Below are positions 48,414 to 57,993 of a stretch of 64,000 bases of DNA, one piece after another. The DNA is from Bacteriovoracia bacterium. GTDB lineage: Bacteria > Bdellovibrionota > UBA1018 > CAIPTA01. The notes below the pieces were generated by a model that ran no database searches, was not told the DNA's origin, and saw only the letters and a list, made by a program, of their open reading frames with translations. Location: the NCBI GenBank assembly GCA_050246755.1, contig JBFWVL010000001.1, positions 1,760,001-1,824,000 on the forward strand, read 5' to 3'. The position numbers and the translations under genes are program-made. Numbering within the stretch: the first letter of the stretch is position 1; each line of letters begins with the position of its first letter.

Positions 48414-49298
48414 ATGCGCGTTTTCTTTTTTCTATTTTTCTTTTTGGCCCAGGCCGTTTGGGGCGCCGATATTTCCCGCAATCCCGAAGTGGAAATAGTG
48501 CTGAAGGAAAACCGTGTAAACGCCAAGGCGGGGGGGAACTACCAAATTTCTCAGCCCAGCGAGACCAGCACGGTAGTCAGCGGCCCCGAAAATTATCTGC
48601 TCCAGGTGAAGTCCCAGGGCGACGTGGCCCTCGTGAGCGAGGCCTGGCTCCAGCCCGATAAGGGCGGATCTTTCCGTCTCGACCGTAATCGTTTTACCAA
48701 GCTGAGGATTTCCGACGGAAAAATCGAGCGCGTGATTTCTTGCGCCTCCGCCACCGTTTTTGCGAACACGAACAAATTGGGCTTCGCGGTATTCCAAAGC
48801 CGGGAGTTCGGAGCTCAGGGTTGCGCCACGATCGATGCTACCTTTTGCTCCGCCCTCAAACGCCGCGATTCCTGGGACTGGCCGGGCGGTAAGGGCGAAA
48901 TTAAAAAGCTGAAGAGCCTCGCCGAGGTGCGAGAAAAGGTGCTGGCCTGTCAGTCGCTTAGCGAGAGCTTGGCCGCGGGCGCCGGGGATAAGTGGCGCCG
49001 CGATAAAACGGTGAAGGAAACCGAGGAGGCGAAAAATCAACTCAATGATTTCATGACGGCCGCCACGAACCGACATTTCCCCATGAAGATACTGGCTCCG
49101 ATGGATCGCTCCGCCCCCGGAAAAGAGATTTTGGCCCGCGAGCAGTCGCCCCTTCGGGCTGCTGCTCGCTCACTACGGCAGCTGGAAGATGCTTTATTGA
49201 TCTGTGATCAGTTTGAGGCTCAGATGGTGCCTGAAGGCCAGCTGGGCGCCGGGCTTCCTACACGGAAAGAGGATTCATCTTCTTCGGCCGCCGATTAA
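48414..49298 (+). CDS. Secreted hypothetical protein
   Basis: Signal peptide; several Cys; no recognised motif. Confidence 0.65.
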   Translation: MRVFFFLFFFLAQAVWGADISRNPEVEIVLKENRVNAKAGGNYQISQPSETSTVVSGPENYLLQVKSQGDVALVSEAWLQPDKGGSFRLDRNRFTKLRISDGKIERVISCASATVFANTNKLGFAVFQSREFGAQGCATIDATFCSALKRRDSWDWPGGKGEIKKLKSLAEVREKVLACQSLSESLAAGAGDKWRRDKTVKETEEAKNQLNDFMTAATNRHFPMKILAPMDRSAPGKEILAREQSPLRAAARSLRQLEDALLICDQFEAQMVPEGQLGAGLPTRKEDSSSSAAD

Positions 49299-49309
49299 CG
49301 ATAGCAACT

Positions 49310-49336
49310 TCAGTAATTCCGCCAACTTGCCGAAAA
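49310..49336 (+). promoter_or_regulatory. sigma28 (FliA)-type promoter
   Basis: TCAG-N15-GCCGAAAA. Confidence 0.6.
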
Positions 49337-49353
49337 GATAGGGAGTGATCCCT

Positions 49354-50808
49354 ATGAAAACAAAAATTATCTTATCTCTCTTGGTATTGGCTCTTTCCGC
49401 CTGTGCCTCTCTCGGTGGATCGGAGCCTAACCGTACGATCGCCCAGGTGGCCATCGATCACGAAGCCACTCTTCGCTGGCAGGAAAAAATATTTCAGGAT
49501 CTACTTTCTTCGCCTACTCCCAGTGCGGATTTTCTGCGCCAGATGGACCGCTTAACCTCCCTTTATTTCCGCGCCCAGAAATTTCTGATGGATTTCGACC
49601 AGGAGCAGGCGAGCGAGGATCTTAATGCCCTCAACCGCTCGGAACCCTATTCTAAGCTGCAGGTAATCCGGGTGCTGCAGGAGCAGCAATCGGAGCTGCT
49701 GGTTTTTCTCTATGGCCGCTTGGTAGACCTAAAAAAATCCGGAAGTGCCGAAGAATCCAAGAAAGCCGGCGCGGTGCTTTCCAATTTTGGCCGTTACATG
49801 CTCATGAATCGCAATAAGCTGAATCGCTTGGCGATGCAGGAATTCGTGCGCGATCTGCGCCTAGCGCGCGCCGGGCACGACAAGCAGAGCGCCGATCTCG
49901 AGCCCGTTACCTTCCGTACCCCCGAAGAGATCACGGATTTCCTGGGTGAGAAGGAAGGCGGGCTTAACCGCCGCGACGCCCTCGCTGCCGCCGCCCAGCG
50001 CGAAGCCACGCAAAAAGACCCCGAGTTCGAGGAGGCCTTCGCGCAGTTCACCGCCTCCGCCATCCGGGGCGCCGCCCGCGATCCTCAATCGCAAATCAAT
50101 TATTTTCCCAATACCGGCCCTAGCGGAAATCTTTTCGGCCACGAGCTTCCCATCGGCACCTTCGCCCTCACGTTCGACGATGGCCCTTCCTGGGAATGGA
50201 CTCCGCAAATTCTCCAGGAACTCCATAAAAATGGGCAGCGCACCACGTTCTTTTGGCTCGCCAAAAACCTACGGAGCCACGGAATGGACGAAATCGTGCA
50301 AATGGCGCGCAACGATGGCCATACCCTCGGCAACCACTCCTATACCCACGCCGATCTCTCCAAGGCCGGCGCCGATCTCGAAAAAGAAGTGCGGGAATCT
50401 ACGGAAGTGGACAAAGAAGTCTATGGCTTTCGTCCCTCCTATTTCCGCTGCCCTTACGGCTCCTGCATCTACAAGAACGTAGCGAGCGTGCGTAAGGCGC
50501 TCGCCGATCTTCGTATGCTGCACGTAACTTGGAGCATCGATTCTCTCGACTGGCAGGATAAAGATCCGGCTTCCGTGTATCGGCGCGTGATCCGCCAGGT
50601 GGAACGCAATGGGCGCGGGATCATTCTCTTCCACGATATCCATCCGCAGAGTTTTGCCGCTTCGCGATCGGTGATGCGCTATTTCCGCGAGCATAAAGAC
50701 GAGTTAAAATTACGTACGATCTCGCAAATCGTGCGCGAGCTGAACTCCCTGCCGCAGCAGGAAACGCCGTCGATTTTTAAATGGTTGCCCTGGGGTAAGA
50801 GCGAATAA
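49354..50808 (+). CDS. CE4/NodB polysaccharide (peptidoglycan GlcNAc) deacetylase lipoprotein with N-terminal helical domain
   Basis: Lipobox LSAC; TFDDGP, HSYTH, RCPYG, DSLDW and LFHD motifs. Confidence 0.92.
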   Translation: MKTKIILSLLVLALSACASLGGSEPNRTIAQVAIDHEATLRWQEKIFQDLLSSPTPSADFLRQMDRLTSLYFRAQKFLMDFDQEQASEDLNALNRSEPYSKLQVIRVLQEQQSELLVFLYGRLVDLKKSGSAEESKKAGAVLSNFGRYMLMNRNKLNRLAMQEFVRDLRLARAGHDKQSADLEPVTFRTPEEITDFLGEKEGGLNRRDALAAAAQREATQKDPEFEEAFAQFTASAIRGAARDPQSQINYFPNTGPSGNLFGHELPIGTFALTFDDGPSWEWTPQILQELHKNGQRTTFFWLAKNLRSHGMDEIVQMARNDGHTLGNHSYTHADLSKAGADLEKEVRESTEVDKEVYGFRPSYFRCPYGSCIYKNVASVRKALADLRMLHVTWSIDSLDWQDKDPASVYRRVIRQVERNGRGIILFHDIHPQSFAASRSVMRYFREHKDELKLRTISQIVRELNSLPQQETPSIFKWLPWGKSE

Positions 50809-50825
50809 TTCAACTGGAGGTACGT

Positions 50826-51116
50826 ATGAAAATTCTAGCCGTTCTGATGGTTCTTGGTTTATTTCAGGCCACGTTCGCGCGTGCCGACGAGGAGATTTCC
50901 TGCGCCACCGACGATCAATGCCAGCGTGACAAGGTAGAAGCCGGCTACAAAGAATTCCAGCGCAGCCAGGCGCGCGAGGCCCGCCACGCCAAGAAAAACA
51001 AATCGCATAAACCTAAAGACGAAGAACAATACGTGCCCTGCGCCGCGAGCGATGATTGCCAGCGCTCCAAGCTGGACGCGATCGACCACGCCAACGGCGA
51101 AGAAGTAGAAGATTAG
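50826..51116 (+). CDS. Small secreted protein with duplicated Cys motif
   Basis: GGAGG SD; signal peptide; CATDDQCQRDK and CAASDDCQRSK. Confidence 0.75.
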   Translation: MKILAVLMVLGLFQATFARADEEISCATDDQCQRDKVEAGYKEFQRSQAREARHAKKNKSHKPKDEEQYVPCAASDDCQRSKLDAIDHANGEEVED

Positions 51117-51141
51117 GCCCTTATCTTATAGGAGGAAATGT

Positions 51142-51693
51142 ATGAAAGTTTCGATGTTTGCATTTTTATTGCTCGCGATCGCTAGCTTTTCTGCCCAGGC
51201 CAAAGAAACTACCTACAAGGCCGTTTCCTCCTGCAATACCGGTGATGGGCCAATGGACCACGGCCTGCTGCAAGAGAAGAGCGGGAAGTATGATTTCTTG
51301 GCTTTCCGCAAGGGCGACATCAATCCGGTGGAATTCGATTTCGGTAAACTGGGCAAAGTTTCCGCCTGCGGAAAATCCAAAGGCAACAAAAGCGATTTCA
51401 GCGGCGAAGTAAAAGGACGCACGATCAAGCAGGGCAATTCTCTCGTTTACCAAGAAACCGGCTGTAAAGAAGACGAGGGCTGGAAAGCAGTTCGGCATAT
51501 CCGCTTTCTTGATAAGGAATTCGCGGAGATTAAATTCTTCCCCGAGTCCCGCCCCTGCCGCCTGAAGATATTTACGAAACGCGCCCAGGCCGCTCAGCGC
51601 GAAGCCGCCGTGCGTGCCGAGCCATTGAGCGAGGAAGCCTTGGCTCCCGACGCGATCGAAGAAGAGCAATCGGTAGACGTTGAGCTGAAGTAA
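51142..51693 (+). CDS. Secreted hypothetical protein (4 Cys)
   Basis: AGGAGG SD; signal peptide ending AQA. Confidence 0.7.
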   Translation: MKVSMFAFLLLAIASFSAQAKETTYKAVSSCNTGDGPMDHGLLQEKSGKYDFLAFRKGDINPVEFDFGKLGKVSACGKSKGNKSDFSGEVKGRTIKQGNSLVYQETGCKEDEGWKAVRHIRFLDKEFAEIKFFPESRPCRLKIFTKRAQAAQREAAVRAEPLSEEALAPDAIEEEQSVDVELK

Positions 51694-51696
51694 TTT

Positions 51697-53517
51697 TTAC
51701 TCTTTGTACAGCGCTTCGAGCTGTTCTTTATATTTCGCGCTTACTTGCTTGCGCTTCACCTTCATCGAGGGGGTGAGGCTTCCGTCTTCCACGGTGAATT
51801 CCTTCGGCAGCACGATATATTTCTTGATCGTTTCCCAGCGCGCGAGCTTGGCATTCAGCTGGTCGATGGCGTTCGCCACGAGTTTGAGCACTTCGGGATG
51901 TTTCACGAGCTCGGAGTAATCGCTGGTGATGATCCGGTGCGACTGCGCGAATTCCATCACGTATTCTTGGCTGAGGGTAATCAGCGCGGAGGCGAAGGGT
52001 TTCTGATCGCCGTAGAGCACCACTTGGCTGAGCACCTTGAAATCTTTGGCCATGCTCTCGATCTTTTGGGGCGCGATGAACTTTCCGCCCGCCGTTTTGA
52101 TCAGGTCTTTTTTCCGGTCGGTGATGCAGAGGTAGCCATCCTTATCGAGGTGGCCAATATCGCCGGTATAGAACCAGCCCGCGCGGAGCGACTCCGCCGT
52201 GGCTTCGGGGTTTTTGTAGTACTCTTTAAAATTTTTCGCCGTCTTGATAAGGATCTCGCCGTCTTCCGCGATCTTTACCAGCACTTCGGGCAGAAGCTTT
52301 CCTACCGAGCCGAAACGGTTATTGCCCGGCAAATTCACCGAGACGGGCGCGCAGGTTTCGGTGAGGCCGTAGCCCTCGTAAACGGGCACTCCCACGATAT
52401 GCATGAACTCCTGGATATTTTTGGCCAGCGGCGCCGATCCGCTCACGCAGAATTTCAGGCGTCCGCCGAAACGGCTGGAGACTTTGCTGAATACCAGGCG
52501 TTTCGCCAGTTCGTACTGAGCGGTTTGCGCCAGCGAGGGGCTTTTGCCCTGGCTCTTGGCTTCGAGCACCTCGCGGCCCACGCCAAGCGCCCACTCGAAG
52601 AGCTTCTTTTTTACCGCGGAAGAGTGATCCACCTGGCCGAGAATCTTGCTGTAGATTTTTTCGAACACGCGGGGAACCGAGATCCAGAGGGTGGGCTTTA
52701 CCTCGCCGAGATTGGTCACTAGGGTATCGATCGACTCGGCGAAGTTCGTGGTCCAGCCGAGGTAGTAAGGCGTGAGGCTTTCCCATTTACCGAAGATATG
52801 GCTCATCGGTAGGAAAGTGAGGAGTTGCTCGCGGTTAGTGACGATTCCCGTCATCACGATTTCCACGTCGCGGTAGGTGGAGCTGATGGCCGAATGCTGG
52901 AGTACCACGCCCTTGGGGAGCCCGGTGGTTCCCGAGGTATAGCAAATCGTGAAGGTATCTTCGGGTTTTGCCTCGGTAAAAAAAGCATCCACTTTCGCGC
53001 CGAGCGCTTTTTCCTGATTGAGGCCGAGGTCGTAGAGGGCGTTCCAGGTAATGATCTCGAAGGGAGCCTTTACGTCGCCCGCGCGGAACTCGAAGTTTAC
53101 GATCACGAGCTTGAGGGCCGGGCAATCCTTGGCGATGGCAATGATTTTCTGCAGGTTCTTGAAATCGTCCACGAACAGAACCGTGGCCTCGCAGTGATTG
53201 AAAATATACTGGGTATCTTCGGGGGTATTGGTGGGGTAGATCGGCACCGTGATTCCGCCCGCGCCGAGAATGGCCAGGTCCATCTGCGCCCAGTAAATCG
53301 AGGTTTGCGCGAGGATGGAGACGCGCCCGCCCTTTTTTACGCCGGAATGAATGAGCCCGCAGGCGAGGCGGCGCACGGTTTCGAGGTGTTCCTTGAAGGT
53401 GACTTCGATCCAGGCGCCGTCCTTCTTGTAGCTGGCATACACCTGATCAGGATTGGCCTTGGTGCGGCGGAGGAGGGCTTCGGTAATAGTTTTGGATTCG
53501 GAAATAAGAGATGCCAT
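51697..53517 (-). CDS. fadD: Long-chain-fatty-acid--CoA ligase (FadD15/AMP-binding)
   Basis: YTSGTTGLPKG, EGYGLTET, TGDIG and DRKKDLI motifs. Confidence 0.92.
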   Translation of the reverse strand: MASLISESKTITEALLRRTKANPDQVYASYKKDGAWIEVTFKEHLETVRRLACGLIHSGVKKGGRVSILAQTSIYWAQMDLAILGAGGITVPIYPTNTPEDTQYIFNHCEATVLFVDDFKNLQKIIAIAKDCPALKLVIVNFEFRAGDVKAPFEIITWNALYDLGLNQEKALGAKVDAFFTEAKPEDTFTICYTSGTTGLPKGVVLQHSAISSTYRDVEIVMTGIVTNREQLLTFLPMSHIFGKWESLTPYYLGWTTNFAESIDTLVTNLGEVKPTLWISVPRVFEKIYSKILGQVDHSSAVKKKLFEWALGVGREVLEAKSQGKSPSLAQTAQYELAKRLVFSKVSSRFGGRLKFCVSGSAPLAKNIQEFMHIVGVPVYEGYGLTETCAPVSVNLPGNNRFGSVGKLLPEVLVKIAEDGEILIKTAKNFKEYYKNPEATAESLRAGWFYTGDIGHLDKDGYLCITDRKKDLIKTAGGKFIAPQKIESMAKDFKVLSQVVLYGDQKPFASALITLSQEYVMEFAQSHRIITSDYSELVKHPEVLKLVANAIDQLNAKLARWETIKKYIVLPKEFTVEDGSLTPSMKVKRKQVSAKYKEQLEALYKE

Positions 53518-53575
53518 GAAGGTATTGTAGCCGGAAGAAGCCGGATTTTGCACGCCTCGCCGGGGCGAACTAACG

Positions 53576-54040
53576 CTACCGTTTGCGGCTGCGGTCCATC
53601 TCGCGCTTGGATTCTTTTTCTTTGATGCTCTGGCGTTTGTCGTGGAGCTTTTTCCCTTTGCCCACGCCGATCTCGATCTTGGCTTTGCCCTTCAGGAAAT
53701 ACATCTGGGTGGGCACGATCGTGAGGCCTTTTTCTTCCAGGGCCGCGGCGATCTTGGTGAGCTCTTCCTTATGCAGGAGTAATTTCCGGGTGCGCATGGG
53801 AGCATGATTCTCCCGGTTGCCGTGGGAGTATTCCCCGATATGCATATTGGAGAGGAAGGCCTCGCCGCCCTGAATATACACGTAGGCATCGCTCATCTGC
53901 ACCTTTGCCGCGCGCAGGGCTTTTACTTCGGTGCCGAGCAGGGCGATGCCAGCTTCGTAGGTGTCCGAAATAAAATAGCGGAAGCGCGCGTCTTTGTTGG
54001 TGGAGATGATTTTGCGGCTATTTTCTTTATTCGCGGCCAT
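53576..54040 (-). CDS. smpB: SsrA-binding protein
   Basis: EAGIALLGTEVK, RKLLLH and GKKLHDKR motifs. Confidence 0.97.
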   Translation of the reverse strand: MAANKENSRKIISTNKDARFRYFISDTYEAGIALLGTEVKALRAAKVQMSDAYVYIQGGEAFLSNMHIGEYSHGNRENHAPMRTRKLLLHKEELTKIAAALEEKGLTIVPTQMYFLKGKAKIEIGVGKGKKLHDKRQSIKEKESKREMDRSRKR

Positions 54041-54087
54041 GGCCCCTTGAACTCACCAGGAATCGGCGGAAAAGGCAAGCGCTTGGC

Positions 54088-54954
54088 TTAGGCCTTACCC
54101 AGCGCGGCGAAGAGTTTTCCGAATTCCTCGATGGAGATCGTCTCCGCCCGGCGCATCCCATCGATGCCCACGGATTTCAGGATTTCCTGCAGGTTTGCCT
54201 TGGCGATTCCCTTGAGCCACCAGAGCTTGGCCATGTCCATCGAGAGAGAATTTTCTACCGTCTTGCGGCGGTGGGCGAAGCACGCTCTCACCATCGCGAG
54301 GAAGCGGTCCTTCTCATCTTTGCTCAGCGCGAGGCGCGGCTGCGCACGGCGGTGGAATTCGAGCACGATGGAGTCTACTTTCGGGCTGGGCCGGAAGGCG
54401 CCGGGTTTCAGGATCTGCTGGATTTTCACGTCGTAGAAAAGCTGTACCGCCACGGAGATGGCGCCGTATTCCTTACCGCCCGGCTGCGCGGCGATGCGCT
54501 GGCCCACTTCCTTTTGGAACATCAGCACCATCAGCGGAATTTTTTCCTGCAGGCCCACGAGGCGGAAAAGAATTTCGGTGGCCACGTTGTAGGGGAGATT
54601 GGCGGCCACGGTGAGGGGGGTGGTGAGGGGGAGGCCGTTATCCACCCAGAGACGGAGCCAATCGAAATCGAGCGCGTCGGCATGGAAAACTCTGTGTGCG
54701 CGGCTGCCGTGGATGAAGAGGGTTCCCTCGATTTTTTCGGCAAAGAGATCGTCTTTTTCCAGGAGGGAGAATTTCTGCGCGCGTTTGTAGAGCTCGGTGG
54801 AAAGGGCGCCGCGGCCGGGCCCGATTTCGAGGAGGAGGGGCGTGTTTTCGGGCACGGCTTCCACGATTTTTTTTATGGCGTTGGCGTCTACGAGGAAATT
54901 TTGCCCGAGAGATTTTTTGGCGAATTGTTCTTTCTGGGGGCCGCGTTTTTCCAT
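54088..54954 (-). CDS. rsmA: 16S rRNA adenine dimethyltransferase
   Basis: KKSLGQNFL, EIGPG, ANLPYN, MFQKEV and PKVDS motifs. Confidence 0.96.
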   Translation of the reverse strand: MEKRGPQKEQFAKKSLGQNFLVDANAIKKIVEAVPENTPLLLEIGPGRGALSTELYKRAQKFSLLEKDDLFAEKIEGTLFIHGSRAHRVFHADALDFDWLRLWVDNGLPLTTPLTVAANLPYNVATEILFRLVGLQEKIPLMVLMFQKEVGQRIAAQPGGKEYGAISVAVQLFYDVKIQQILKPGAFRPSPKVDSIVLEFHRRAQPRLALSKDEKDRFLAMVRACFAHRRKTVENSLSMDMAKLWWLKGIAKANLQEILKSVGIDGMRRAETISIEEFGKLFAALGKA

Positions 54955-55072
54955 TGGGGGTATGTAACACGGACGTGCCCAGGACGGAAATCGGAGGCCG
55001 AGCGGGGAAAGAATAGGGTTTGCGGGCGGTTTCCCTGGGCGGAGCTGGCCAGGGTTTTTCATCCCGGCGGGA

Positions 55073-55861
55073 ATGGAATTAGATCATTTGAGCGACGCGA
55101 AACTTTTGGCAAACACGGAACTGCTGGTGCGTGAGGAGAGGCGACGGCTGTATGCGGCGCTGGGGTATTCTTCACTGTTTCAGTATGCGGTGAGGAAGTT
55201 GGGGTATCCTGACAGCCAAGCGCATCGAAGAATGGTCGCCGTAAAAATGTTGAGGGAGTTACCGGAGATAGAAGAAAAAATCGCCAAGGGAAGCCTTAAC
55301 CTCACTCATATCAGCATGGCCAAAATTGTTTTCCGCACCAAGGGATTGGATCGCGCAGAGAAAATTGCCCTCCTTGAAAGGTTGGAGGGCAAATCTACGA
55401 GAGAAGCCTCGGCCATCCTCGCCGAAATTGCACCTCAGTCAGCTAGGCCGGATAAAATCCGCATGATAACTGGGGACACTATCGAGCTTCGCTTTGTGGC
55501 GTCGAAAGCCTTGCGGGAGAAAATCGAAATCCTTAAAGGCCGACTCGCCCACAACAACCCATGCCTGGATCTTGGCCGATTATTTGAATTTTTATGCGAT
55601 GAACAGTTAAGGACGATTAACAAACTTGCGGCGCCGACAGGCGGGGTGCGTCAATCCTTCTCCTCCCTCCGTAAATCCCTACTCTCACGCGGAAGCTGCG
55701 AAAACTGCGGGTCCACCTACGCCCTAGAAATAGACCACCGGCACCCCGTCGCCCTCGGCGGTACGAATGCTCCCGAAAATCTCCGCGTTCTTTGCCGCGC
55801 TTGCAACCAACGCGCGGCCATAGAAGCGTTCGGCCAAAAAAAAATGGACCTCTACCTGTAG
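55073..55861 (+). CDS. HNH endonuclease with N-terminal helical (DUF222-like) domain
   Basis: C-terminal CENCG...EIDHRHP...GG....NLRVLCRACN; N-terminal GYSSLF.Y....LGY....A.RR; codon style differs from neighbours. Confidence 0.85.
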   Translation: MELDHLSDAKLLANTELLVREERRRLYAALGYSSLFQYAVRKLGYPDSQAHRRMVAVKMLRELPEIEEKIAKGSLNLTHISMAKIVFRTKGLDRAEKIALLERLEGKSTREASAILAEIAPQSARPDKIRMITGDTIELRFVASKALREKIEILKGRLAHNNPCLDLGRLFEFLCDEQLRTINKLAAPTGGVRQSFSSLRKSLLSRGSCENCGSTYALEIDHRHPVALGGTNAPENLRVLCRACNQRAAIEAFGQKKMDLYL

Positions 55862-55914
55862 CCGGCTTGCCGCAATTTCTGGCCGAACCTGCGAGCCTCC
55901 CCTATACTATAAAC

Positions 55915-56358
55915 ATGAAAACTCTATTTTTAATCGCCATGCTCCTCACCCCCCAAGCCCGCGCCAGCGACTGCCGCGAAGAATCCCTTGTGCATTTTTT
56001 CTCGCAAGGGGCGGAAGTAAGCTCCGAGGTAATCGGCGCCGCGGATCCTTGCGATGAGTTCGGCGGCAACCTCGTCTACACCCCGAAGCACCATCTTTTT
56101 CTTTACGTAAATTTTAATATTCCGGGGAATATCGATCTCGACGAGTACGAGCAAGCGTTCGTGAACGGCGGATCGAATAAATTTTTCTACAACTTCCAGG
56201 TGGCGATCGTGGACAAGGGCTTTATCAAGCGCATGTACAATTCCCCTAAAGATGCCGTGCTGAGCATCGGCGGCGATACGCTGTTCATCTCGGAGGTCGT
56301 GGTTGCGGAAGGCCGCCTCACCGAATTGATGAACGATTTTTTTAGCTCCGGGCCTTGA
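55915..56358 (+). CDS. Secreted hypothetical protein
   Basis: MKTLFLIAMLL signal peptide; TATACT 6 nt upstream. Confidence 0.6.
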   Translation: MKTLFLIAMLLTPQARASDCREESLVHFFSQGAEVSSEVIGAADPCDEFGGNLVYTPKHHLFLYVNFNIPGNIDLDEYEQAFVNGGSNKFFYNFQVAIVDKGFIKRMYNSPKDAVLSIGGDTLFISEVVVAEGRLTELMNDFFSSGP

Positions 56359-56359
56359 G

Positions 56360-56860
56360 CTAAGGCAGGAATTCGCAGCTCAGCCAATTTCCCGAGAGGT
56401 AAGAGATTTCTTCGGTCATCCAGCCGTTGCTCAGATCCGTCATTAGCAGCCGAACCGAACTGGAGTCATAGTCGGTCTGGAATTTTCCCCAATAATTTAC
56501 TTCCGTAAATTTAATGTCTCCGAAGCAATGCCCCACTCGCGAGCAGTAGCCGAACGCCACCACCTTGCCGTCGTCGGAAGATCCGTCGTAGGGGCCCACG
56601 AAGGCATTATACCAAGCGCTCGTGGTTAGCGGCGGGCGGCCGTCGCTGAACGTTTTTAGCGTCTTGAGCAGGTATTTTCCCGCGCCGAGAGCGTAACGCT
56701 CGGACTCCAGGCGGTAGCCTTTTTCCGGAACCACGATGAATTTTTTGCCGGGGCGATCCAGCCGGTACACCGTGCCGGTGCCGGTATAGGTGCAGTCCGG
56801 CGGGGGAAGTTCGCTCGCGGAAACGGAGAACGAAAAAATTAGCGAAAGAATGGCGATCAT
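56360..56860 (-). CDS. Secreted hypothetical protein
   Basis: GAGGT SD; signal peptide; 4 Cys; beta-rich. Confidence 0.65.
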   Translation of the reverse strand: MIAILSLIFSFSVSASELPPPDCTYTGTGTVYRLDRPGKKFIVVPEKGYRLESERYALGAGKYLLKTLKTFSDGRPPLTTSAWYNAFVGPYDGSSDDGKVVAFGYCSRVGHCFGDIKFTEVNYWGKFQTDYDSSSVRLLMTDLSNGWMTEEISYLSGNWLSCEFLP

Positions 56861-56885
56861 AAGTACCTACCTCGAGTGGAAGATT

Positions 56886-57923
56886 TCATTGTTTTCCCCG
56901 CGCACTTTTGGCCTCGGAGCCGGGGTTTACCTCTACAGAAAATAGTTCCGCGCCGGTAAGATAATTCTTCTCGCGAAAGCGAACCGCGCTGAGGGCGGCG
57001 ATCATGGCGCCGTTGTCGGTGCAGAATTTCGGGGAGGGAATATGCAGGCGCACGCCTTCGGGCAGCGCCGAAATCATCTTCTCCCGCAGCCGCTGGTTTG
57101 CGGCCACTCCGCCGGCCACCACGAGATCGCGGTAGCCGCCGGCCTCGGCGGCGGCGGCGGTTTTCGTCACGAGGGAATCCACGATTGCTTCCTGGAAGGA
57201 GGCGCAGACGTCGGGCAAGGCCGGTGTGGGATGATCGCGCAAGTAGGTGGCGATCGAGGTTTTGAGTCCCGAAAAGGAAAAATCGGGCTGGTTCCAGGAA
57301 TTCAGCGCCCGAGGGAAAGCGACCGCGGAAGGATTTCCCTGGGCCGCCAAGCGCGCCACCTCGGGGCCGCCGGGGTAGGGAAGTCCCATTAGCCGGGCAC
57401 CCTTATCGAAAGCTTCGCCGGCGGCGTCGTCGCGGGTATGCCCGAGGGCTCGGCCCAGCCGCCAGCCTTCCGTGATTTCATACAAAGAAGTATGGCCCCC
57501 GGAAATGATCAGGCCTAGGCAGGGGAATTGGATTTGCGCGCCTTCGAGCGTGACGGCCGCGAGGTGAGCTTCGAGGTGGTGAATCGGGATCAGCGGGATG
57601 CGCAGGCCGTAACATAATGTTTTCACGGCGTTCACGCCGATCATCAGCGAGCCGATGAGGCCGGGGCGATTGGTTACGCCGATCGCGCTCAATTGTTGGT
57701 AGGAGATTCCAGCTTTATCCAAAGAGGCGCGGACCACCGGCAGCAAGCTCTCCAAGTGTCGTCGCGAAGCGAGCTCTGGAACTACGCCGCCAAAGCGCAC
57801 GTGCACTTCTTCCTGGCGCGCCGTGATGTCGGAAAGTAGCGTCATTCCCGATGCATCGAGACGCACCACGGCGGCCGACGTTTCGTCGCAGCTGGATTCA
57901 ATTCCAAGCACGTGAAAAAGCAT
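56886..57923 (-). CDS. tsaD: tRNA N6-adenosine threonylcarbamoyltransferase
   Basis: LGIESSCDET, GGVVPELASR.H, HHLEAH, SGGHT, DDAAGEAFDK and CTDNGAMI motifs. Confidence 0.97.
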   Translation of the reverse strand: MLFHVLGIESSCDETSAAVVRLDASGMTLLSDITARQEEVHVRFGGVVPELASRRHLESLLPVVRASLDKAGISYQQLSAIGVTNRPGLIGSLMIGVNAVKTLCYGLRIPLIPIHHLEAHLAAVTLEGAQIQFPCLGLIISGGHTSLYEITEGWRLGRALGHTRDDAAGEAFDKGARLMGLPYPGGPEVARLAAQGNPSAVAFPRALNSWNQPDFSFSGLKTSIATYLRDHPTPALPDVCASFQEAIVDSLVTKTAAAAEAGGYRDLVVAGGVAANQRLREKMISALPEGVRLHIPSPKFCTDNGAMIAALSAVRFREKNYLTGAELFSVEVNPGSEAKSARGKQ

Positions 57924-57993
57924 GCCTTTTGTTAATCCAAAGGGAGCCAGGAATCCATTGAAATAGGGCCCTATCCGTGGGTATAGTGCCGGC

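Noticed and set aside
53554-54087. tmRNA (ssrA) next to smpB
   Set aside because: The flanking gaps are only tens of bases, with no tRNA-like ends.
54955-55914. IS element or IscB/Cas9-like RNA-guided system around the HNH gene
   Set aside because: No RuvC motifs, transposase, terminal inverted repeats, target duplication or CRISPR array, and little non-coding space for a guide RNA.
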